Positions 24,632 to 36,679 of a stretch of 64,000 bases of DNA are shown piece after piece. Under the pieces are notes generated by a model that was not told the DNA's origin, made no database searches, and worked only from the letters and a program-made list of their open reading frames with translations. This DNA comes from Blasia pusilla. Lineage: Eukaryota. Within the stretch, counting starts at the first letter, position 1. The number at the start of each line of letters is the position of its first letter. Made by a program: the position numbers and the translations under genes. The stretch lies in contig CM114271.1 of the NCBI GenBank assembly GCA_050084515.1, positions 4,836,001 through 4,900,000 of the forward strand. Direction: 5' to 3'.

Positions 24632-27600
24632 TCACTGGTATGATATAGTGGGAGAAGCCGTTATGATACTTGAAAGTTAAATGGGGCAAGAATCCATGAA
24701 ATAAAATGGTAGATGAATAATTGAGAGAATATATAATAGATGTGGTAGGGAAAGTTTGCGGATGGAAATTTTGGAAATATGATGTAAGATACAATACTTT
24801 TTTTGAAATATGAAGGAAAAAGTATTCTTAAATAAAGCATTGAAAATTCAAGGAGTGAGGCATGGCATATAACAAGAGGAAAAGTAGAAGGAAGACTCAA
24901 TCATCAAAAAATGAAGAAATATGTATTAACAAGATTTTTTTTAGAAAAGATAGTTCGGTATTGAAGAAGAAAAAGGGATAAAACATAGGTGAGCTATGAT
25001 TATTCTAGAATGAACAAGGGAATATTATTAGCATTTGTTGAAAACTACTAATATATACTATTATGGGAGAGCTTTCAAACACCTCTCCTTGTGACCCTTG
25101 GTACTCTTAGCTAACAGAGTTATGACACAAGCCACTTAAGGTCACTCGGGGTCCATTAAGTTGTTTTGGGAAACACGTTGGGGTGCTACTCAAGGGGTTA
25201 TGTGCAAGATCGGTTGATTGTGGATATACATGCCAAAAACAAACATAGATGTATAAGTCTGGACATATCCACGAACATGGATTGCAAAAGGTGGGGCGCA
25301 TACTTATAGCTCATGATGGAAGGCAAGTGAAGGACAAGCGGGGAGGGAGTGGAGGTGGAGGGAAGAAGAAACGCGAAAGTATGAAACACGAAAGCAAGTG
25401 GGGGAGGGGAGGAGGGGGCATGAGAAAGAAGGGGAAGGTAGGGCACACATGGACAATCTTGTCATAAGATGGACTTTGTCCACAACAACCTTCGTACGCG
25501 CCATGGATGGATGGTAGACAGAGACAATATCACAATAGACTCTATAGCTCAGTGATGGTCTAATTTCAATAACCCACAATTTATTATTTCTAATCCATGA
25601 ATCGTACAAGCATCAACTAGTATGGTATTGAGAGTGAGAATCCTTCATCATAAGAAAAGGTGATTGGAAAACTTACTAAGGGAAAAAAAGGAAGGGAAAT
25701 CAAACATTTAATGATCTTAGTTTTGATATAAGAGAGCTTATGTAAGCTCTCCTATGAATAAAAGAACCTTCCATGAAAAAAAAAGAAGAGGGATACGGGG
25801 AAAAACTATGAAATCTCTCATTCAAATCCCTAGCCTAACCCAAGTAACATGTTCAATCTAACGGCAAAAATTGGGACACATACGAAAATATCCACGTGGC
25901 TATCCTCATTCTCCTCTACGTCCGGGGACGACATGCCGTTGCGAGATGCTAGAGCGAGGTGCAGGCACCTATAGTAGGGGCCGTAACTATGATCTTGTAA
26001 ATAACAGAGAGTTCTCTACAAAACTTTGTTGTCAATTCTAATTTCCATGAAATTAATTCTTTTAAAAATATATAATTTTGATCTTTTATGGTTTAAAAAA
26101 ATACAAGAGAGGCCCTAGAGTATTTAGCTAGGTATAAATGAAGTATGTCTTTAGTCATGAATGACTTGCTTGTGAGGGGTTCGGTCGATAACTAAGCTCG
26201 TTTACCAAGTCAAGTCACTCTTTGAGTGGCCCTACTTAGACTAAGGTCCCATGAGACTACTGTTTGCACAAGATTTCTTAAAATGGTTGCAAATACGTGA
26301 CTTGGTTTATAAGGAAATGGATATTAGTTTGGTCGTAGAATCCGGTCTTTAAATTTTGACTCTATGATTACGTGTAATTATGATTTCATCTCTATTGTAG
26401 GGTAGGACCAAAAACCTAGGTTAGGATCATGAACAAATATTAAATGGATGGAAGAAGCTTTACTCAAAATGGAACATGTCGGGTTCTCAAGAGGAATCAT
26501 GGTTTCTCAAAGTCCTTGCACTTATAATTTTTGAAGATACATGTCATTACGTAGCATATTCACCCTTAAGCTTCTATTTTTTTAAGATGTTGGGTCCTAT
26601 TTCCATGGGTATCCATGAAAAAAAAGTAAAGTTATATATCAAATTTGACAATTTTTCAGTGTGGAAATTTTTTGATATCTCCAGTGTATCTATACCATGG
26701 AAAATATTGCATCCAAAGTTTCTTAATTTCTTTGTATCTCGAGAAATTATTTAAGTTTTGTGTGAGAGGCTTATGGAGGACCATGCAAACAAGATAATTT
26801 TATTATGACTCGTAGAAAAAAAAACATATACCTTTGATATCATACTCCTAACCCTATGGATGTTGGGCTGATACCTCCCACAAACATTAACATGTACCAT
26901 ACTCTTAGTTGTGTGGTGGACATGCCTCAAGGATCTTCTTGAAAGAAGAAAGTGTTATTAACTTCTTTGGGTTATTTTTATCTTTGTAAGAAAGTCTACT
27001 TAAGATATTGCATGGTTAAAGGCCTTACCATAAATATTACAAAACTGCACTTATACATTTTTGGCCATTTTACAAGTGCTAGCAACCCCAACACGATGGA
27101 TATACACATGCAAGGCAATTGCAATTGCACCATTGTGATTTTGAGCCACACTTTGCGACTACGACACAACTCTAAGGTGTTGTTTTATTACACTTTCAAG
27201 ACAGTCGCAACGACTCGCAAATCATCCACAATCCAACCGTAAATAGTTGCAACACAGTTGCCCAGTACTTGGACTTCGCTTGCAAAGAGCATCTAACTTG
27301 TGATTTTGTGTAGTTGCAAATAAGTTGCAAAGCAGTGGTTTCTTTTACGCTCATTTTTGCTTCATTTGGACTCATTTTTGGGTCTATGAAACATATTTTC
27401 AGGGGGGAATTTTCTCCTTCCAATTGTTTCTTAAGAATGGTTTTTCTTTTCTCCCTCATTTCAAATTTTTTGGAAAGAAAAGATGGAAGATAATAAACTT
27501 CATTCATTAATATGTCCCTTAACATAAAAGAAAACTCCCACCCAAAACATTCAGGGTTAGCTCCACTATAGAAAGAAATTAGTTACAAAGTGAGAAGAGA

Positions 27601-28846
27601 ATTTTTGGAAACTAAGGAGGAAAAGCGATAATAGAGCGGATTAAAGGCAAAAGGGGAATTTACAGCCAAGAATTGTGTCGAGACTCACAAAGTAGTCGTA
27701 ATTTGGGAGTTCTCAAACTTACAAAATGGTAAGTGGGGAACTTGGGGCTTAGGTGTGAGGTGACACAACCAGACTTTGCAATTTCATAGCAATTGGTAGT
27801 TGCAATATTACATACAACTACCTTGGGGTTGTCTTGCCACTAGTATGACTCACAAATAGCTTGCAAGTGCCAGGACTCGCCAAAAAGCCGACACTTGCAA
27901 GTTGTGAATCAATCATAAATGAGTTGCCAGTTAGTCGCACGACGGATGCAAAGTTTATAATTGGACTTGAAAATTAGCCACAAGCAACAAAAAAATCCCT
28001 TGTAGTGTTAGAGGAAACTCAAAAGACGACAACTGATGATAAACGTAGGTGCATTACACATGCATGCTAATATCAGGTATGTGAACAATCCAAAAGTTTA
28101 CCAAAGGGGGGTTTCCCTTCTTGATGGTATCTATTGAGGTAGTTAACATCACATTAAACAACTTGATAAACACTCACTTCTTGAGTAGGGGCTACTTATC
28201 CCAAATAGAATACGTTGATATGTGTGTGTGGCACAGTAACCCAAGGATCCCTTCGGGCTATAATATTCTTTGAAAGTAGGTTCTATCATTGGATGTCAAG
28301 AGATGATATTCATGGAAAAATGGTCATTATATAAACAACGAATCTTCAACTTGAGTAGCAGTTTCATATGTATATATGTATGTATGTATGTATGTCAAGT
28401 TCTATTAAATCAAACAAACGCTCTAGAGATCAATTTAGGGTTGTATCTAATCAAATGATGTATCTTAATCCTCATCTAGTAACAAAGGTATATGGAAAAT
28501 ATTGCATGTATTAATTAATAATCATTGGATATCATTGAATTTCAATTTTGAATGGATGCTTATTTAGAGTATCACTAGGATATGGTGACGACATGCTCAT
28601 TATGGTATTGAAAGGTATTTTCTACAAGAGGCTTAATATTGGGCCTATCTCTATAGAGTGGGTGCATACAATAAAGAAAAGTCATTTCTAGTCAAACGTG
28701 ACTATTATATTGATAATTACAACGATAAGATCCTCTATAATGTCCATGATGATTCTTGCTTATGCTTTCTTGCATAAGTTAATGTATATTAATTTCAAAA
28801 TTATATTAGAGAAAAAAATGTTAGCTAATATACATTGAAATTAATA

Positions 28847-28850
<4 letters not shown>

Positions 28851-28906
<56 letters not shown>
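28851..28906. repeat. (TA)n microsatellite
   Basis: About 28 perfect TA units. Confidence 0.98.
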
Positions 28907-28910
<4 letters not shown>

Positions 28911-29039
28911 AAGATGATACGAAATCCATTGCAACCTACCTTAATTTTTTTTCTTCTGGCTCATATATACGGATATTGCCTTAAGATATTCAATATAGTT
29001 TGATCTCTTTTTGTAGTGTGCTTGGTGTGGATTCTTGTA

Positions 29040-29716
29040 TGGTCAACAAATTGGGAGTTCCACTTTATAGAGAGAAATTTTGATCATAGTAATTAAAAAA
29101 TAGAATAGTTGTTGTGCGCTACACAACATACATCGCTGGTTACATCCACACCACACAACTTCGATCTTCCCTACACACGGATAGATCCACACATGTACAG
29201 AAATCAACTCATACATATACATGATATCACACAACAAAAATAAAGAGTAGTAAAAACGACAGACCCGGTCTAAAACTCCACTCCTCAATCTCCATCAACA
29301 TATCGAGCCTCAGCCACCCTCTGCTATCAAGGAATCCAGACGCTAGCACTCAATTCTAACTCAAACACACAATCAAGAATGATAATCCAACGGCCCAACA
29401 TGAGAAAGATGGTTTGGAAAAGCCATCTTCCTCCCTTATATAGGGTTAGGAAGAGCCAAAAGGATCTTCCCCTAAAAATAGCTATCCTCTTAGTAACCTG
29501 TGCGCACAGGTTACCAGGAGCGGGTGGCCTGCTCAACAAGTCACCCGGCTGTGAAAGACCTCAACATGAAAGTTGTTAGAAACTATGTTTCTAACACAAC
29601 GGATCTATCCTCAACCTCATCCGACACTTCGGAACGAAGTTACACTCCAGACACTCCGCTGGCTGCTATGCCCTATCCACCATAGATCTCGACCTATAGG
29701 CTACTCAGATGTGACA
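29040..29716 (-). mobile_element. Solo LTR of family B (related to 60242-60900)
   Basis: Reverse complement starts TGTCAC and shares gtgtaacttcgt.ccga...gtcggatgaggttg and agattgaggagtggagttt.....cgggt with the 60242 copy. Confidence 0.65.
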
Positions 29717-31675
29717 TAGTATTCAAAAAGGAGGTTTGAGTTCTTATACTTTCTAAGGTCTTCTTTATAGTGTTAGGATTCTAGATTCTAACTTTTAAAG
29801 AGTTTGAATTTAATACCTTCCTTATTTGAACTCATCAAGCTAGTTTGTCCCCTTAATATAAAAATGTACATCTCTTCTCCACCTTGTTTTGTGATTCCAC
29901 TTTCAATCTTGTATCTAGTTGTATGTTGCGGAATCTTGCTGCCCTGATGTATGTTCTCGTTATTGATTTACATCCAAGTAGGCTTATATTAACCACGGAT
30001 TGGGTCAACCAGCCTTGCGTCTCCTGAGTCTAGGTCTCAGCTTACTCGTTTCTTCATATAGCACTGTTATGACACCCAACAAAGAAACTCCCTTTCAAAT
30101 ATAACAAGAAATCGGGAATGTTTACATGCTGCATTATCCCATCACCATCGTGAAGCATCTGAGACCCCATTTGAGTGTTGGTCCCATGATCCCATGCAAC
30201 TACCGTAGCAAGCAAGATCTCAAAAATAGGTCGTAATTTTCTCCCTAGTATGTTATTATAAAAATTCTAACTTCATTGCAAATTAGGATCCTTGATTTTT
30301 AACTTTTCAATCCAATCAAATTCAGATTTTAGACATGACCATTAATCTTATTGGACTAGCTGCTTATCCAATCTGATTAAGATTGTAGATGTGATCCCAA
30401 TCCCATAAGACAATTCTCTTCATACAAATTTTGAAATTCAACGTTTTGGGGTTGAATTCCAAAGGGATCCGAAAAAGGAAAATATTTCTTGTTCAAAATT
30501 TAGAGGGAAATAAAGAAAGACAAACTTCTTTCTTGGGGTCCCAACATTTGTTTTCAACCCCAAAGAGGTGATGATTTGACATAACTTGTAACTAAAGGTA
30601 TGGTAGTGGTTATAGGGCTTCTTTGAGCAACTTTCGGATGAATTTTGAGCTCTCGCTCCTAATTCACATCATAGCTATAAGAGTATGCTCCATATGTCAC
30701 AACTCCAAAAAGGCACACCTATAGAGGTACTCAATAGAAATCTATATTATGAAAGGCGGATAAATAAAGTTGCAAACATCTTTATGTTGGACTCATGATT
30801 GTGGGACAGAAAAGAATATTTTGGTAACACGAACAACAAATTTTTCTTTCAAATCTATAATTATAAATAATTAATTCACACTTGTGCACGCCACATATAT
30901 GAGTTCATCCTTATTAATATTTGAGACATATCTCTCAACGACATATATCTCCTTGACATTTCCCTCATATTATATTATCTATCTCATCTAATTAGTTAAT
31001 CATATCTAACAAAATAAGAGCAAAAGAGTGTATCAATGATTCTAGATCCACGACACGGGCATTCTCTCATCTATAATATTATTAGCAAAAGGGTCTTAGT
31101 AACAAATGTTTATGTACTGGATACCTATCCTTTGGGGTTGTCTCTCGGCTTGACACTTGTCCCCTCTAGTTTCATCTAACTAAAGTATTGAAGGAATAAA
31201 ACGGTGTTTGAAGAGTTAGTACATAGCCCGTGAAGGGATTCAAAAAAAAATTCTTCCTTCCCGTAGTATGTGAAATATTTGCGTAATGTCCAATTGTCAC
31301 GCGTCAAACAGAAAGGTGTTTGCAAATCAAGAGGGCACTCTCCCATAACAATATAGATTAGACTTAAAGGAAGACTTCTTTCACCCCCGCGGGACACCCT
31401 GACCTATCCTTCATGGTTGTCTCTCGTCTTCGCGCTTGTCCCCTTTAGTTTCATCTAATTAAACTAGATGAGAAGGAAGACTTCTTTCACCCCCGCGGGA
31501 CACATCCATGTCCCCCACTTGCTCGTTATTTATGATAGTGGAAGTCCCTTAGGACTTTATTTATTTTTAAAAGAAATTCCCAAAGAATTTTGAACTCCCG
31601 ATTGACATGACAAGTGCAAGAAAGTGCTCCGATGACGGTCTTTTGCCTCACCGTTCTCGAAAGCTACCATCTTTA

Positions 31676-31902
31676 GAGAGTTTCTGTCAAGCTCTTGAGA
31701 GCATAAGAGGCGAGAAGGATTATCTTCGTGAGGATATGCTCGAAAGATCAAATGGGAGAGTTTCTGTCAAGCGCTTGTGAACAGAAAAGCGAGAATGATT
31801 ATCTTCGTGAGGATATGCTCGAAAGAATTCCTGTCAAGCGCTTGTGAGCAGAAGAGGCGAGAAGGATTATCTTCGTGAGGATATGCTCGCTAGATCAAAT
31901 GG
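31676..31902. repeat. Three-copy ~75-bp tandem repeat
   Basis: ctgtcaagc.cttg.ga.ca.aa..gcgagaa.gattatcttcgtgaggatatgctcg present three times. Confidence 0.9.
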
Positions 31903-34600
31903 CATGCGAGGGAGGCATGATGCATATAATCGTAGCTCGTCACGTTTTTCTGTCATGAGCATTTTGAATGTCGTGGAAGACGAAGGAATGAATGAAGGGC
32001 CGCGAGGATTTTTACTTCGGAGGTTTGCAGCAGCAGAATAGCAGAATCACAACCAACGCAAGCCTCGCAGGGAGACTGTTTAAGGTCAAGGGCGTTCCAC
32101 CAAACATCGCGCACGGCTGTAAGAATTCACCATTTCCATCCTGGCGCAAACTAGGTATGAAGCTGACTGAGGAAGAGAAGACCCTACGTCTTGCTCGCCA
32201 TGAACTGACATACATCAATGAAAGGAAACCGGACGATCTGGGCCTAGCTATTGCTGGTCATGCAATATGTCGAGATAACGGGGACCTGCGTTGATCTGGT
32301 TATTACCGACCATGGAATCAGTGGGAAAGGACCGCGAACTCTGGTTCATACTGGCCTTGAAATCAATGGAGAACTGTTACGATTCCTGACCAGCTTCTTC
32401 ATTTCCTTGTAATCTCAAGACAGCGAACCCTCGCTCTTGGAATCCATGACTTCACCGAGGAGAACACTACGGTACACTGGTCTAGGTCCACCTGAGTCGT
32501 GGTAACCAGAATGGAAAGGATGTTTTTCCTATCGCAGAGCGTGTGAAAGATTATCGCGCACAGGGGATAACATCGATCCTCCTGACTCGATAGAACCGTT
32601 TGAAACGCTGTGGCACACAAATCGCATGGGTATCAGATAGGAAGGTCGTGTCCAACGAACGAGTTGGCTGTGTTTCGCGCACACCTGAGCGGAATTAGTT
32701 TGTGTGAACAAGGCAATATCGTATTCACAATCCCCACATATGACCCGTAGTACCGTACAGCCTAGGAATGGAACTGGATGCAGCGACCAAGCGCGGGCAG
32801 TGCATGGGAGAACGGACCAAGGAGGGGAGAACGGCAGGATGTCGTGAATAGTTTCCAGGTACTGAAGGTTTCCCATAGCAGACTGAGCGTATTGACCACA
32901 TGAGATTCCGTCAGCTGTTCGGGATTGTAAGCTTCCATTACAGGTAGGTTCGAAATCAGCGGAGTAGCGCAGTTTGAGGTGGGACTACCTGACTCGTCTT
33001 TGCTAAGTCTCTCCTCATGTTGGGCTCCCTGGTTGAGTGTATGGCATCGGGACTCCATGGCTTCCTGTCGTTAGCTGGGCACTCTTCTCGATGGGCCTAA
33101 GAAACCGGTCCGAATTCCTCGGGTTTCTCCCAAACAATCATCCTAAGATAGCTTTGACCAGGCAATGTGCACACGTTACGATGTCAGTCGAGAGGAGTTA
33201 CCGTTCGCTCCACATTAAACCCTGGAAGCCTACTCAAAATCCAAGAAAGTGTATCCCTCCCACGGAGGCAAGTTGCAGTGATAATATACACAGGAGATGT
33301 CATTACAGATGATGTTGCTACTCGAACTAGGCCAGGAGGCACAACTACCGGAACTCGAATGAGTGTATGAGAGGTAATACCTTCTGTACTGAAACCGACA
33401 TTTAGCGAATTACCCATCACATCATAAATAACTGGGACAGGGCTCCGGGCTACAGGCATATGGCCCCTAGCATCTATCTATCGAAGTCTTTCAAACACTG
33501 CTTTGCCTTCTTCTATCTTTCCCATCTGTGCAATGCGCACAGTCTCCTATCGAACTCTTTAATTGATTTACATTTAATCAAGACACCGTTCTGCATAACC
33601 TATATTCAAAAAATGGAAAGGAAAAGACATGCTTTCCGATCATCCATATGAACTTTCCACGACATAACAAACTCGTCTGCCTTCAAGTGAAACTGAATCA
33701 TCAGTGTCACATCGACATTCCAGCTCATGACTGGCTCATGTAAACACCACTCCCTGCCAAGGATTCCGATACAACAGCTGTGCACACTTCAAGTAGACTT
33801 TCCAGATATTGGGCCACGGTGCAGAGCTCCCGGACACTCGTGGATTCTGCACAAAACCACCAACATGTAACCCAAAAAGTCTCAGTTGTACAGTTACGAA
33901 TGACGTGCAGGATGGTAGAATAGATACAGGACTCATTGGCAAGATGTCAAAGAGCATCCCCACACAGACGTAATACAAACAGCAATACAAGGTATACCAT
34001 AACCAGGTTCACAACCACACTTTTCATTTCTCACTGACTCTAGGCAAGTCTACTTCAAACTCTGCATGAGGATAAAGCTCAGGGTTCTAAGCACCCAATG
34101 GCACTAACTAGAGATGAGGTCTTCACTCCAATCCACAACTACTCGAACATTTAGGTACCTACTAAATTATCTCATTACACAATCTCATACACACGGTTCC
34201 CACAATGTGTGCCCCTAAGAACACAAAAGGTGATTAGAAATGCTGACAAACCCAGGCATGTGATCATTGCGTACACTATGCTTTGAATTACTCCTAATAA
34301 AACCAACGTGAAAAAATTACAAGACGCTTAGAATCTACAACCAATTTGGGGAACAAATGCTAAGAGGCAAGTGTTAGCTTTGACCACACTCCGGAAAGTG
34401 ACAGAGAAGGGTAGAGTGATTGAGACGGGAAAAGATCAAGAATCAACCATGGGCACGTTCTCAACAAAAATGCTGCGGCCAGCACACCATGGCTTCCCAG
34501 TGACTTCAGCGACCAGATGCGACTCTATTCCTCCTCAGCATCTGTTGCTGCAAGAAAGACTCAGCTCAGCTTGGAAGAAGTCTCAAAGCTTCACACTTAC

Positions 34601-36679
34601 TCATAGTGCAGTAGAAACAGTAAAACGCTCTCTTGTTCCTCTAATTTGCATCTCTGGTCCCCTGTAAGAAAAGCATCACGGTCCACATTTCTCAGCTGAA
34701 GCAGAACAGAAACTACGTAGAGAAAAACGCAGCATCCCCCTACGCAAAACAGACTCAGAATGTTCAAGGTGAGTCCAACGGTTGTCATCTCATCCAACTC
34801 CACGAAGAATGACGGGGCTTTAGGAACACAAACCTCCGAGAGAATTTGGTGTCAAAACTTCACCACTCTTGAAACGTGATATCAAACACCAGTCAAACCC
34901 ATTGGCCCAACTGCAAGACATGGCCAATGACTGCCATTAGTACAGTCGCCTGTGGCCGACTGTAGAGTCAAAGAGATAGTTTTGTCAAGTAGAAGAAACA
35001 TTGCAGGAGCCTCGACTGCAAAATCAGCAAATCATTCCAGGAAGAGCCGGATGTAAGACCACCTGTTCAATAATTACTGAATTCTCAAAGACCAGTAAAT
35101 TGTTCCTTGTCAGACGTCATAAATAAGCCCATAACCAAACCTGGAACAGACGCGATTACTTGAGTGAGCTTCCCCTAAGAGGCCTTCTTGCCATTTGCCA
35201 ATAACGGTGGGGCCACCAATCGGGATTGACAGCAACGAATCAACTAAAAGCAACGAAGTGAAAGCAAAGAAGTGACGCGCTTACCTTGAGGCTTGATGAT
35301 GATTTGTGCTTCGATACCATACTGCGAGAGGGATACTGATGGAGCCACAGTGACCCAAGTATCAGAAGACTTGTCTTTGAGCTGAACCCGAACTTGAGTA
35401 TTTTCCTCCTCCCAGTAAACTGACTTGAAGCTATCAATCAGGTCCTGGACAGTATCGCCAGTGAGGTGAAATAAATCATCAAAGTCTTCTTGGCCGGATC
35501 GTTTGATCTTCAGCTTGTACGTCCGATCTGTAGCCATTGGCCTTCGTTGACTATCCCTGTGAGACAAATACACAATCACCTGCCGGGTTTAGAACTGGCT
35601 CGACGCTTAAATGATGGTTGTGATAGATGCTTCCAGTCACACACAGGGCGACACCCGACGTCTTCCGAGCCAACAGTAACAAGTCCTCGTGGACTCAATT
35701 GCAACTACTTTCAGACTCATCGAGAGAGAGCAATTCTTGCTGAACGTTGGCAACCCTCACAGGCAGACATACACTGGGTCTCTACTCCCTGCTACTAACC
35801 CAAGGCAAAGCAAGGTCCATGTGTACGAAGTCTCGCCGACCAAGATGGGTAGCCAGGCACCACAGGGTTCTTGCAATGGCAGTGCACAAACATAGAGGGG
35901 CAATTGACGACCCGTTCAGGCCGCTGTAACCTGAAAGGTGCAGTGGGTGCAGTGGGCTCATACCCGGGCCAAAGAATGAGCTGCTTGTTCGTTCCGACAG
36001 GCATCAATTCTGGAACACACGGAGTGTGCAAATGGCTCCTCCTACGCTTCCGGGTTTTCTTCCCAGCACCACCACGTGGTTTGCTACGCGGACTCGCAGT
36101 GTCTGCCTCATTTTGGCTACAAAAAGGAGGCGTTCCCACTCCGTCGGGGAGATCAACCCCCGTTCCCGTTACCAGAGGGTCGGCACCATCGGGCTCCTTG
36201 CTATCCGAAGTGTTATCGGCGCCTTCTGTCAAATCCAGCTCTGACTTATCTAAAGTTCCACCAATTCTCGGACTCCTCTTGCCTTTCAATTCACACATGC
36301 GCGAGAACCATTGCCACTTGCTAGGCTGCGAATTGGCGTTGAGACTTTCCTTTTCTTGCCGAAACCGTTTCTTCAACCCGTCCAACTTATTCCTACACTG
36401 CTTGTACTCGAAAAAGGGGCCCCCTTCCGGCACACAACGCTTGTTCAGATTATCCACCACCTCCTTCCAATCCTTCCCTCTCAAATTCTTATGCTTCACC
36501 GCTGCATACTTCTCCGCGAAACAATCCAGAAACGTCGCCACCGCTACATCGGTCCACTCCGCAGCTCCCTTCGCTCCCCCTGCACCTGTCTCCCCTGTCA
36601 CCAAATCCCTAAACCTCAACCCCTCCCCGTTTCCTACTCCGTTCCCCATTCCCATCCCGCTCGCCATTCCCCCGTTCAT
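34601..36679 (-). CDS. Trihelix (Myb/SANT-like DNA-binding, SIP1/ASIL-like) transcription factor with a putative C-terminal ubiquitin-like domain (~394 aa)
   Basis: Exon 1 36679-35931 encodes EWTDVAVATFLDCFAEKY...LRGKDWKEVVDNLNKRC...YKQCRNKLDGLKKRFRQEKE...SKWQWFSRM (trihelix W-W-C pattern). Exon 2 35556-35285 is phase-matched (AG|G). Exons 3 (35243-35141) and 4 (34661-34601) are frame-consistent but less certain. Confidence 0.8.

Noticed and set aside
27100-28007. Possible non-autonomous CACTA element (right end cttgtagtg with TTGCAA-rich subterminal motifs)
   Set aside because: No convincing matching left TIR or TSD found.
33167-33370. SET-domain-like motif IIYTGDVITDDVA on the plus strand
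   Set aside because: No downstream NHSC or ELxxDY SET motifs in any frame I read; probably chance.
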